DNA from: a bacterium
GTDB taxonomy: Bacteria; Patescibacteriota; Minisyncoccia; UBA6257; 2-01-FULL-56-20
DNA: 44,517 bases
Direction of reading: 5' to 3'
Assembly (NCBI GenBank): GCA_021777495.1
Contig: JAJYDL010000002.1
Coordinates: 1 to 44,517, forward strand
Each line of letters opens with the position of its first letter. Position 1 is the stretch's first letter. The position numbers and the translations under genes are program-made. This document shows positions 17,798-25,075 of the stretch, piece by piece. A model generated the notes under the pieces. That model had not been told where the DNA came from and did no database searches. It was given only the letters and a program-made list of their open reading frames with translations.

Positions 17798-17979
17798 TCA
17801 CCCCCTTTCGCCTTGTAAGGGCCTGCCCTCAGTCTATCCCTTGCTGCGCCCATGCGCCAGAGATGCGCGAGAGGCGCCCCCAAAGCCCTTCCGGCAGCGT
17901 ATAATCTATTGAAAATCGCCCTCAAAAAGGCTTCCGCGGTCGCGCAGCGGTTGCACCAACCCTCGTAGCCCGTCTTTCC

Positions 17980-18591
17980 ATGGATTCGTTCCTCGGTTCG
18001 CTTCTTTCCTACCTTCTCATCTATCGTTATGCGGCGCTCGGCGTCGTTGTGTATCTCGGCGCGATCGGGGTACCGCTTCCCGTGAACGCCATGCTGCTCG
18101 CCCTTGGTGCGTTTGCGGGACAGGGATATTTCAACGTATGGGTTTCCCTTGCGGTCGCGGCTGCGGGGAATGTGGCGGGGGACCTTACGGCGTACGGCAT
18201 CACGCGGAGATACGGCGGCGCCATCGTTTCTCTCCTGCGTCTCCGGCGGCTGCCGTTTTTCGCCGCGCTCGAACGAGAAGTGCGTTCCGATGCGGCCATC
18301 ACCGTATTCCTCACCCGCTTCGGGAGCATGATGAGTCCCGTTACGAACATTCTTGCGGGAATGGCGGGGGTGCCGTTCCTCACGTTCCTCCCGAGCGACG
18401 CGATGGGGAATATTCTCGAACCGTTCGGATTCCTCTGGATCGGCTATGCAGCCGGCGTGCATTGGAACAATTTCTCCGGCGTCGCGGACATCGTCGGCGC
18501 GATCGTCGCCGTTGCGTCCGTCATGTTCATCGTCATCCGCATGCAGCGGCGTTTCCTTCGCCGCTACGATGCCGAAGGCGGACGCGTGTGA
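17980..18591 (+). CDS. DedA family membrane protein
   Basis: The opening ...YRYAALGVVVYLGAIGVPLPVNAMLLALGAFAGQG..., the ...GDLTAYGITRRYG block and the multi-TM 203-aa size fit the family. Confidence 0.8.
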   Translation: MDSFLGSLLSYLLIYRYAALGVVVYLGAIGVPLPVNAMLLALGAFAGQGYFNVWVSLAVAAAGNVAGDLTAYGITRRYGGAIVSLLRLRRLPFFAALEREVRSDAAITVFLTRFGSMMSPVTNILAGMAGVPFLTFLPSDAMGNILEPFGFLWIGYAAGVHWNNFSGVADIVGAIVAVASVMFIVIRMQRRFLRRYDAEGGRV

Positions 18592-18644
18592 TATTTGCGC
18601 GCATTCTTCTTCAGATTTCCCTCCGGATATGCTATCATTCCTGA

Positions 18645-19328
18645 GTGATTGTCTTTCAAGGGGTTTCCAAGCATTACAGCGACCGCGGGGTCGCGCTTGA
18701 GGACGTAAGCTTTCAGATAGACCAGGGAGAATTCGTATCGCTTGCGGGCCGCTCGGGCGCAGGCAAGTCCACGATCATCAAGCTTCTTATCGGTGAGGAA
18801 CGCCCTTCGCGGGGGCGCGTGTTCTTCGGACAGTACGAGGTGAACAAGCTCGAGGACAGCGAGCTCCCCGCATTCCGGCGCCACATCGGCGTCGTGTTCC
18901 AGGATTTCCGCCTGCTTCCCGCGAAGACCGCGTACGAGAACGTGGCGTTCGCCCTCGAGGTCGCCGGGCGGCCCCAGCGGGAGATCATGGACCTCGTGCC
19001 CCAGGTGCTCGACATGGTGGGGCTCGGCGATAAGATGAAGAACTTCCCGAATGAGCTTTCGGGCGGCGAACGGCAGCGCGTCGCGATCGCGCGCGCCATG
19101 ATCCACCGGCCGGAGGTCGTCATCGCCGACGAACCCACCGGCAACCTCGATCCCTTTCATACGTTCGAGATCATCAAGCTTCTCGAGAAGATAAACGAGC
19201 TCGGCACCACGGTGCTCCTTGCGACCCACGACCGCGAAGTGATCAATTCGCTCGAGCGGCGCGTAATAACGCTCGATAAGGGCCGCATCATCCGTGACGA
19301 GAAAAAAGGGAAATACATCCTCGTCTGA
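18645..19328 (+). CDS. ftsE: Cell division ATP-binding protein FtsE
   Basis: Walker A GRSGAGKST, the ABC signature LSGGERQRV and Walker B VVIADEP are present. It is followed by ftsX. Confidence 0.9.
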   Translation: MIVFQGVSKHYSDRGVALEDVSFQIDQGEFVSLAGRSGAGKSTIIKLLIGEERPSRGRVFFGQYEVNKLEDSELPAFRRHIGVVFQDFRLLPAKTAYENVAFALEVAGRPQREIMDLVPQVLDMVGLGDKMKNFPNELSGGERQRVAIARAMIHRPEVVIADEPTGNLDPFHTFEIIKLLEKINELGTTVLLATHDREVINSLERRVITLDKGRIIRDEKKGKYILV

Positions 19329-19364
19329 TCCGGATGGCTCCCGCCTAACCCACCTCATCTTCCT

Positions 19365-20273
19365 ATGTTCACCATCATTTCAAGGATATTCCACTTCGGC
19401 GCGAAGAATTTCTGGAGGAACGGATGGCTTTCGACGGCCACCGTCGCCATCATGACGCTTGCGGCCATCGTGTTCGTGGGACTCATCCTCTTCGGCGTCG
19501 TGGCCCATACGGCCGCGTCGGCGATCCAGGACAAGATCGACATCAGCGTGTATTTCAATACCACGACGAGCGAGGACGAGATCCTCAATATCAAGCAGTC
19601 GCTCGAAGGGCTTTCCCAGGTGGCGAGCGTCGATTACATCTCGCGCGATCAGGCCCTTGCGACGTTCCAGCAGACGCACGCGAATGATCAGACCATCAGT
19701 CAGGCGATAAGCCAGCTCGATACGAATCCCCTTGAGGCTTCGCTCAACGTGCGGGCGAAGGATCCGAGCCAGTATGCCGCCATCGCCCAGTATCTCAATT
19801 CGCCGGACCTCTCGCAGTACATCGATTCCGTGAGCTATTCCGCCAACCAGGACGTCATCAACCGCCTTGCGACCATCGTGCGCGACGTGAATGTCGGCGG
19901 ATGGGCGGTCATCGTCTTCCTCGCGCTCATCGCGGGACTCGTCGTATTCAACACGATCCGTCTCGCCATCTATTCGAACCGCGAGGAGATCGGCATCATG
20001 CGCCTCGTGGGCGCATCGAACAGCCTTGTGCGCGGCCCGTACGTCGTGGAGGGCGTGCTGTGGGGCGGAATTGCCGCGGTCATCTCGCTTGTCATCGTGG
20101 CGCCGATCGTCTATCTCGTCTCGCCCTATCTTGCCGCGTTCATTCCGGGTCTCGACATTTTCGGTTATTTCCTCACCCATCTCCCGCAGCTTTTCCTCTA
20201 TCAATTGCTTTTCGGCATCATTATCGGGGTGTTCTCGAGCTCATGGGCGGTCCAGCGGTATCTTAGGAATTAG
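19365..20273 (+). CDS. ftsX: Cell division permease-like protein FtsX
   Basis: The topology is TM, periplasmic domain, then 3 TM. The block EEIGIMRLVGASN..VRGPY is typical of FtsX. Confidence 0.88.
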   Translation: MFTIISRIFHFGAKNFWRNGWLSTATVAIMTLAAIVFVGLILFGVVAHTAASAIQDKIDISVYFNTTTSEDEILNIKQSLEGLSQVASVDYISRDQALATFQQTHANDQTISQAISQLDTNPLEASLNVRAKDPSQYAAIAQYLNSPDLSQYIDSVSYSANQDVINRLATIVRDVNVGGWAVIVFLALIAGLVVFNTIRLAIYSNREEIGIMRLVGASNSLVRGPYVVEGVLWGGIAAVISLVIVAPIVYLVSPYLAAFIPGLDIFGYFLTHLPQLFLYQLLFGIIIGVFSSSWAVQRYLRN

Positions 20274-20356
20274 GGGCGCATATACGCACGGCTGCGGATG
20301 GGGAGGCCTCCGGCAGTGGCGTCCATCCGGGCCACGATCCAGGATATTCATCACCA

Positions 20357-21361
20357 ATGGAAATACCTCCCCCGGAACCCTCTCCAATCCCTCCCGCTCC
20401 CCCCGAGCCCGTGCCTAAACCGGCAATCCTCGAAGATGAGGAGGCCGAAGAACAGAAGGTCGTCGTCGTGCCGAACCTGAAAGCCGCGGCCGATCGACGG
20501 AAGCGCGCGTGGCGGAATCTCGGGTTCATCATCCTCGGCGTGGCCATCGCGGGCGGCGCATTCTGGGCGTTCCGGGAATTTTCCACCGTACCTCTTGAGA
20601 AGCTCGCCGCATTCGAGGCGCAGGTCACGAACGAGGTGCAGCAGGCGACGGCAACGTTCCCCGCGCCCCTCAAGGCATCCCAGCGCGTCGCCCGGAACAA
20701 TGCCACGCTTACCATCTCCGGCATCATCGCGGACACCAACGCCGCGCGCGCCGCGTCGAGCGTTGCGCCGCTTGCGGAGAACGCCACGCTCGACGATATT
20801 GCAACGATCCGCCTCGAGGATATGTTCGCGCACCAGTATTTTGCGCATGTGTCGCCGACGGGAGAGAGCGCGCTTACCGTGGCCTCGAGCGTAGGATACG
20901 ACCATCTTGCTCTCGGAGAGAATCTCGCCGAGGGATGGTTCGACGGCAACCAGGGACTTGTGACCGCATGGATGAACTCGCCGGGGCATCGTGCGAATAT
21001 CCTTGATGTGCATTATACCCAGATCGGGGTCGCGGCGAGGGAGGGGATTTTCAACGGACAGCAGGCATGGATTGCGGTGCAGGTGTTCGGCAAGCCGGCG
21101 TCGGCGTGTCCTCCCGCCCCGGATCCTTCGCTCGAGGCCGCCATCTCGAATGCCGAAGGGGCTCTTGCGGCCATGAGCTCCGAGCTCCTGCAGATGAAAC
21201 AGCAGATCGACACCATGCAGCCTCAGTCCGGCGCGGCCTACAATGACAAAGTATCCCAATACAATACGCTCGTATCCCAGTACAATACGCTTGCCTCGCA
21301 GACGAAAGCGGAGGTGGCGGCGTACAACAGCGCAGTGCAGGCCTATAACTCCTGCCTATAG
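20357..21361 (+). CDS. Membrane-anchored CAP/SCP (YkwD-like) domain protein with a coiled-coil tail
   Basis: A Pro-rich N-terminus and a TM (LGFIILGVAIAGGAFWAF) precede the CAP core ...HQYFAHVSP.G......GENLA....W.NSPGHRANIL....QIGVA. Confidence 0.75.
   Translation: MEIPPPEPSPIPPAPPEPVPKPAILEDEEAEEQKVVVVPNLKAAADRRKRAWRNLGFIILGVAIAGGAFWAFREFSTVPLEKLAAFEAQVTNEVQQATATFPAPLKASQRVARNNATLTISGIIADTNAARAASSVAPLAENATLDDIATIRLEDMFAHQYFAHVSPTGESALTVASSVGYDHLALGENLAEGWFDGNQGLVTAWMNSPGHRANILDVHYTQIGVAAREGIFNGQQAWIAVQVFGKPASACPPAPDPSLEAAISNAEGALAAMSSELLQMKQQIDTMQPQSGAAYNDKVSQYNTLVSQYNTLASQTKAEVAAYNSAVQAYNSCL
21251..21292 (+). repeat. Two tandem 21-bp units inside the CAP-protein tail
   Basis: gtatcccaatacaatacgctc and gtatcccagtacaatacgctt encode VSQYNTL VSQYNTL. 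Confidence 0.7.
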
Positions 21362-21423
21362 AAGGGACGGTCTTCCTCCGCGTCCCGGCGCATTTCCCGT
21401 TGGCGCGTTTGCCTGGAATCGGG

Positions 21424-21429
21424 TATAAC
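21424..21429 (+). promoter_or_regulatory. -10-like TATAAC, 8 nt upstream of the TrmB-like ATG
   Basis: The sequence reads gggTATAACgaacgtatATG. Confidence 0.3.
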
Positions 21430-21437
21430 GAACGTAT

Positions 21438-22175
21438 ATGCATCTCCGTACGGTCATTGAGCAGCTCGGATATTCGCCGCACGAAACGACGGTCTATCTT
21501 GCCGCGCTCGAGCTTGGCGGGAGCTCCGCGACGGAGATCGCCGAGAAGGCGAAGATGCCCCGCACGACGGTCAATCTCATCATCCGGCAGCTCCAGAAGA
21601 AGGGGCTCATGAACGCGTTCCTCAAGCGCCGGCGGCGCATCTGGACGGCGGAGAATCCCGAGCGGCTGATGATCCTCCTCAAAGAGCGCGAGGCGGCGCT
21701 CAAGCTCGTTCTTCCCGAACTGCAGACCCTCCGCCACGATACGGGGGTGAAGCCGACGGTCCGCACCTACAGCGGCGTCGAGGAGATCAAGCAGATCATG
21801 AACGACATCCTCGAGACGAAGCATCATATTTCCGCCATCCTTTCGTGGGATCCCTGGGTGGAGACGCTCGGCAAGGCATGGCTCGATAACTTTACGGAGA
21901 TGCGCTATCGGCGTTTCCTCAGGATCCGCCTGCTCACGCCGCGCACCAAGCTTTCGGTGGCGCTCAAGCAGTATGACGGCAGCGAGCTTCGCGACACGCA
22001 GTTCCTTCCCGCGTCGGTCGACGTGCGGAACTCGAACTACATCTACGGCAACAAGGTTGCCATCATTTCCATGAACACCAAGCGGCCCGTCGGCATCCTC
22101 ATCGAGGATGAGGATATCCATCACACGATGGAGGTCCTTTTTGAAAGCCTCTGGCGCGAGAGCGGCGGGTCGTAG
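21438..22175 (+). CDS. TrmB-family transcriptional regulator
   Basis: The N-terminal winged helix LGYSPHETTVYLAALELGGSSATEIAEKAKMPRTTVNLIIRQLQKKGLM supports the call. Confidence 0.75.
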   Translation: MHLRTVIEQLGYSPHETTVYLAALELGGSSATEIAEKAKMPRTTVNLIIRQLQKKGLMNAFLKRRRRIWTAENPERLMILLKEREAALKLVLPELQTLRHDTGVKPTVRTYSGVEEIKQIMNDILETKHHISAILSWDPWVETLGKAWLDNFTEMRYRRFLRIRLLTPRTKLSVALKQYDGSELRDTQFLPASVDVRNSNYIYGNKVAIISMNTKRPVGILIEDEDIHHTMEVLFESLWRESGGS

Positions 22176-22208
22176 CGGCACGAGACTCCCGCCGGACCGC
22201 TGTTCGCC

Positions 22209-22367
22209 ATGCCGATCGTCCTCGGACTCGGACCCCGGTTCGCGAACATGTTCGCGCCGGGGAATATGATGGGTCTCATGGGCCATCTCATCTATGGACT
22301 CATCCTTGGCGAGGCATATGTTGCGATCGTCCGAAAGGATGCGATCGCGGCTTCCGCGAAAGCATAA
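22209..22367 (+). CDS. Possible 52-aa hydrophobic mini-protein or remnant of a membrane-protein gene
   Basis: Hand translation gives MPIVLGLGPRFANMFAPGNMMGLMGHLIYGLILGEAYVAIVRKDAIAASAKA. It is GC3-rich like real genes, is below the ORF-track length cutoff, and has no RBS. Confidence 0.25.
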   Translation: MPIVLGLGPRFANMFAPGNMMGLMGHLIYGLILGEAYVAIVRKDAIAASAKA

Positions 22368-22395
22368 TGCCGTTTTCCCACACCCCTGAGATATC

Positions 22396-22427
22396 AAAAA
22401 AAAAGACACCACCCGGTGTCTTTTTTT
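22396..22427. terminator. Bidirectional terminator
   Basis: AAAAAAAAAGACACC-ACCC-GGTGTCTTTTTTT. It serves tRNA-Ser on the minus strand and the TrmB unit on the plus strand. Confidence 0.75.
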
Positions 22428-22434
22428 GATAGGG

Positions 22435-22521
22435 CGGAGACGAGAGGATTCGAACCTCTGAGGGGATTGCTCCCCTAACTCCTTAGCACGGAGCCGCTTT
22501 CGACCGCTCAGCCACGTCTCC
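22435..22521 (-). tRNA. tRNA-Ser (anticodon GCU)
   Basis: The minus strand reads GGAGACG...CUCC-GUGCUAA-GGAG, with a long variable arm (GGGGAGCAAUCCCC), T-arm AGAGG-UUCGAAU-CCUCU and acceptor CGUCUCC+G. No CCA is encoded. Confidence 0.9.
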
Positions 22522-22537
22522 AATTCTCACGGTGTTG

Positions 22538-22565
22538 AGTGTACCGCACTTCGGAGATAAATCAA
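22538..22565 (-). promoter_or_regulatory. Sigma70-like promoter for tRNA-Ser (TTGATT, 16-nt spacer, TACACT)
   Basis: The minus strand reads TTGATTtatctccgaagtgcggTACACTcaa. Confidence 0.45.
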
Positions 22566-22604
22566 ATAAGTCCGGCGGCGAGGGTTGTTTTTTGCCGTCT
22601 TTTT

Positions 22605-22613
22605 TGATATAAT
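22605..22613 (+). promoter_or_regulatory. Extended -10 TGATATAAT upstream of infB
   Basis: The sequence reads tttTGaTATAATtcgttggagttGTG. Confidence 0.45.
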
Positions 22614-22624
22614 TCGTTGGAGTT

Positions 22625-24118
22625 GTGAAAACCTCCTCATTCCCCATGACAAAGGAAATCATCAAGAAAAACGATCCTTCCAAGGCCCTCGTGACGAGGC
22701 CGCCGATCGTCGTCGTGATGGGCCATGTCGACCATGGAAAAACGACGCTGCTCGACTATATCCGCCGCACGAACATCGCCGGGCGCGAGGCGGGGGGGAT
22801 CACCCAGGCTACCGCGGCCTATGAGATCGTCCATGGCGGCAGGCGGATCACATTCATCGATACGCCGGGTCATGAGGCATTCACCGCCATGCGTTCGCGG
22901 GGCGCGCAGGTCGCCGACCTTGCCATCCTTGTCGTCGCCGCGGACGAAGGAGTGAAGCCCCAAACGAAGGAAGCGATACGGATCATCGAGGAATCCGGGA
23001 CGCCGTTCATCGTGGCATTCAACAAGATCGACAAGACCGCCGGCGTCATCGATAAGGCGCGCAACGATCTTATGGCCGCGGGCGTTCTCCTTGAAGGGTT
23101 CGGCGGGCAGGTGAGCTATCACGGCATTTCGGCGAAGACGGGCGATGGCGTCGACGAACTTCTCGATCTCGTGATCCTCGCCGCGGACCTCGAGAATCTC
23201 CAGTACGATCCTTCGGCTCCCGCTTCGGGGTTCGTGCTCGAAGCAACGCGCGACCCCAAGCGCGGGATCGAGGCCTCGGTCATCGTGAAGAACGGCATCC
23301 TGCGGCGCGGCGATCCCGTCGCCACGAAGACCGCTTCCGGCAAGGCGAAGATACTCGAGGATTTCCTCGGAAAGACCGCGGCGGAGCTTTCCCCGTCGTC
23401 TCCCGCGATCATCATCGGATTCGAGACGATCCCGAACGTCGGCGAGGAATTCGAGGCGGTGGCGGCGGCGAAGACGGAAGCCGTCGCGGGAAGCGCGAGC
23501 GGGCGGCGTTTCGCCCAGCCGAAGGCGAACGCGCTCAATCTCATTCTGAAGTCCGGCGATGCGGGATCCCTCGAGGCGCTTTCCACGGTCCTTCATGGCG
23601 TTGACCGAAAGGGAGGGAAGGACCTCAATATCATCGAGGAAAGCGTGGGGGATGTCACGGACGGCGATGTGCGCCACGCCCTTGCGACGAAGGCCGCGAT
23701 CATCGGTTTCAAGAATCGCGTGGAAAAGGGCGCGAAAGTGCTTGCGGACGCACAGGAGATATCGGTCATCACGTCGGACATCGTGTACGATCTTGCCGAT
23801 GCCGTCGAGGAATTCTTTACCGGCTCGCGCGGGCCCGCGATGGCGGGCGAGCTCGAGGTGCTTGCGCTCTTTAACCAGGAAAAGCTCGAGAAGCAGCTCG
23901 TCGGCGGACGCGTCGGCCACGGCACGTTCCGCGGAAAGGCTTCGTTCGATATCGTGCGCGGACCGCTCGGCACGGCGCCTCTCGGACAGGGGAAGGTCCT
24001 CGGCCTCCGCGAACGGAAGGATGAGATCACGAGCGCCGAAGAGGGAAAGGAGATCGGCGTGCTCGTCGATGCGCCCGTCGCGATCCAGGTCGGCGACCAT
24101 CTCGTGATCAGGAAATAA
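22625..24118 (+). CDS. infB: Translation initiation factor IF-2 (short form without the long N-terminal region)
   Basis: The G domain (GHVDHGKTTLLD, DTPGHEAF, NKID) starts at about residue 25, followed by domain II and the C1/C2 regions. The start is GTG 22625 or ATG 22646. Confidence 0.9.
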   Translation: MKTSSFPMTKEIIKKNDPSKALVTRPPIVVVMGHVDHGKTTLLDYIRRTNIAGREAGGITQATAAYEIVHGGRRITFIDTPGHEAFTAMRSRGAQVADLAILVVAADEGVKPQTKEAIRIIEESGTPFIVAFNKIDKTAGVIDKARNDLMAAGVLLEGFGGQVSYHGISAKTGDGVDELLDLVILAADLENLQYDPSAPASGFVLEATRDPKRGIEASVIVKNGILRRGDPVATKTASGKAKILEDFLGKTAAELSPSSPAIIIGFETIPNVGEEFEAVAAAKTEAVAGSASGRRFAQPKANALNLILKSGDAGSLEALSTVLHGVDRKGGKDLNIIEESVGDVTDGDVRHALATKAAIIGFKNRVEKGAKVLADAQEISVITSDIVYDLADAVEEFFTGSRGPAMAGELEVLALFNQEKLEKQLVGGRVGHGTFRGKASFDIVRGPLGTAPLGQGKVLGLRERKDEITSAEEGKEIGVLVDAPVAIQVGDHLVIRK

Positions 24119-24131
24119 TCCCATCCGTCAT

Positions 24132-24539
24132 ATGCGGTTCCATCGTTCGGAGCGTGTCGAAAGTCTCATCCAGCATCAGCTGGGGGAGATCATCACGCGC
24201 GAGCTCGAGTTCGGCGGCGCGCTCGTGACCATCATGGCGGTGGAGGCGGACCGCAAGCTCGAGCATGCGGCCATCCGCGTGAGCGTGGTGCCCGTCGCGA
24301 AGGAAGCGGAGGCGATGGAGCTTCTCGGACGCGAAGCGGGACGTCTGCAGTACCTTCTCATGAAGAAGATCAACATCAAACCCATGCCCCGCATCTCGTT
24401 CGTATTGGACCGCGGCGCGGAGAACGCGGCACGCGTGGAGAGAGCCTTCATTGCGGACGTGCGCCTGGACGAAGATCAGGCGGCTTCCGGAGAAGGATCC
24501 GGGGAGCATGGCGCATCGGCGCGCGATCACCGTGCTTGA
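24132..24539 (+). CDS. rbfA: Ribosome-binding factor A
   Basis: The opening R.ERV.SLIQHQLGEII.RE and infB-rbfA synteny support the call. Confidence 0.85.
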   Translation: MRFHRSERVESLIQHQLGEIITRELEFGGALVTIMAVEADRKLEHAAIRVSVVPVAKEAEAMELLGREAGRLQYLLMKKINIKPMPRISFVLDRGAENAARVERAFIADVRLDEDQAASGEGSGEHGASARDHRA

Positions 24540-24564
24540 AGATGGCGGCCGATTTCCTTACACT
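24536..24564 (+). promoter_or_regulatory. Sigma70-like promoter for tRNA-Cys/tRNA-Leu (TTGAAG, 17-nt spacer, TACACT)
   Basis: The sequence reads TTGAAGatggcggccgatttcctTACACTcaa. It overlaps the rbfA stop. Confidence 0.45.
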
Positions 24565-24589
24565 CAATAGGGTCGGAAGCGGAACCAAT

Positions 24590-24661
24590 GGCCACGTGGC
24601 GAAGCAGTAACGCAGCGGTCTGCAAAACCGCGATGCACGGGTGCAAATCCCGTCGTGGCCT
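24590..24661 (+). tRNA. tRNA-Cys (anticodon GCA), with atypical D- and T-loops
   Basis: The acceptor is GGCCACG/CGTGGCC. The anticodon arm is GCGGT-CTGCAAA-ACCGC. The T-arm is ACGGG-TGCAAAT-CCCGT, with TGC where TTC is normally found. Confidence 0.8.
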
Positions 24662-24678
24662 CATTCACGGATGATCAT

Positions 24679-24761
24679 GCCCGGGTGGCGGAATGGCATA
24701 CGCAGGGGACTTAAAATCCCCGGCCCGCAAGGGCGTGTGGGTTCGACTCCCACCCTGGGCA
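24679..24761 (+). tRNA. tRNA-Leu (anticodon UAA)
   Basis: The acceptor is GCCCGGG/CCTGGGC and the anticodon arm is GGGGA-CTTAAAA-TCCCC. It has a long variable arm and T-arm GTGGG-TTCGACT-CCCAC. Confidence 0.9.
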
Positions 24762-24766
24762 CTTTC
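24744..24766 (+). repeat. Direct repeat copy 1 (3' end of tRNA-Leu plus 5 nt)
   Basis: cgactcccaccctgggcactttc recurs exactly at 24987..25009. Confidence 0.85.
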
Positions 24767-24876
24767 TCTCTTCCTCTCGCGTTCAGGGGACGGCATCGCA
24801 GCCTGCTGGCTGCGTGCCTAAGCTCTCGGCACCTTCGTGCCTCCGAGATTCCCCTGAACGCGAGAGGAAGGGAGAA
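24764..24876 (+). other. Long hairpin element starting 3 nt after tRNA-Leu (about a 27-bp stem with 1 mismatch and a structured 59-nt loop)
   Basis: The arms cttcctctcgcgttcagggga (24770..24790) and tcccctgaacgcgagaggaag (24850..24870) are perfectly complementary. The loop has its own hairpins (GCAGCC-TGCT-GGCTGC and GGCAC-CTTC-GTGCC). Confidence 0.7.
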
Positions 24877-24944
24877 GCTTGTTCTGATCGGGGGAGTCGA
24901 ACGGCGGAGGTATTTTTCTTAGCAGAGAAAAATGCCGAGCCGGT

Positions 24945-25004
24945 GCCCAGAGCGCACGAGCGCGACGGCGGGAGTGCGACTCGCGGGCGACTCCCACCCT
25001 GGGC
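24945..25004 (+). pseudogene. Truncated tRNA-Leu-like remnant
   Basis: GCCCAG (24945..24950) pairs with CTGGGC (24998..25003) like an acceptor stem. The last 18 nt are identical to the tRNA-Leu 3' end. There are no anticodon or D arms. Confidence 0.4.
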
Positions 25005-25009
25005 ACTTT
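24987..25009 (+). repeat. Direct repeat copy 2
   Basis: It is an exact 23-bp copy of 24744..24766, offset by 243 bp. Confidence 0.85.
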
Positions 25010-25046
25010 CAAAAAGAGCGTTGCATCGGGAAGGGATCTTCCCGGA

Positions 25047-25075
25047 TAAAAAATGAGCCCCTTCGGGCTCATTTT
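25047..25075. terminator. Bidirectional terminator (tRNA unit on plus strand, topA on minus strand)
   Basis: AAAAAATGAGCCC-CTTC-GGGCTCATTTT. The topA stop codon lies in the stem. Confidence 0.7.

Noticed and set aside
18644-18662. An apparent 1-nt discrepancy at the ftsE start. By my hand count the GTG falls at 18644 and I count five G where the track translation needs four.
   Set aside because: This is most likely my own counting error on a G-run. The ORF-track coordinates are internally consistent with the dedA stop (18591) and the ftsE stop (19328), so I used the track coordinates and make no frameshift claim.
22173-22367. Programmed TAG read-through fusing the TrmB-like regulator to the downstream hydrophobic segment.
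   Set aside because: Nothing supports it: there is no recoding signal and no known family with such a fusion. The shared frame can occur by chance one time in three. It is kept only as a low-interest mini-ORF note.
24762-25068. A prophage or genomic island integrated at tRNA-Leu, and the coding ORFs in this stretch (24814..25056 +, 24783..25097 -, 24818..25072 -, 24932..25228 +).
   Set aside because: The repeat-bounded segment is only about 220 bp and contains no integrase or any credible gene. The listed ORFs lack start contexts, run through long hairpins and a terminator, and overlap topA. At most this is a scar or a small non-coding element.
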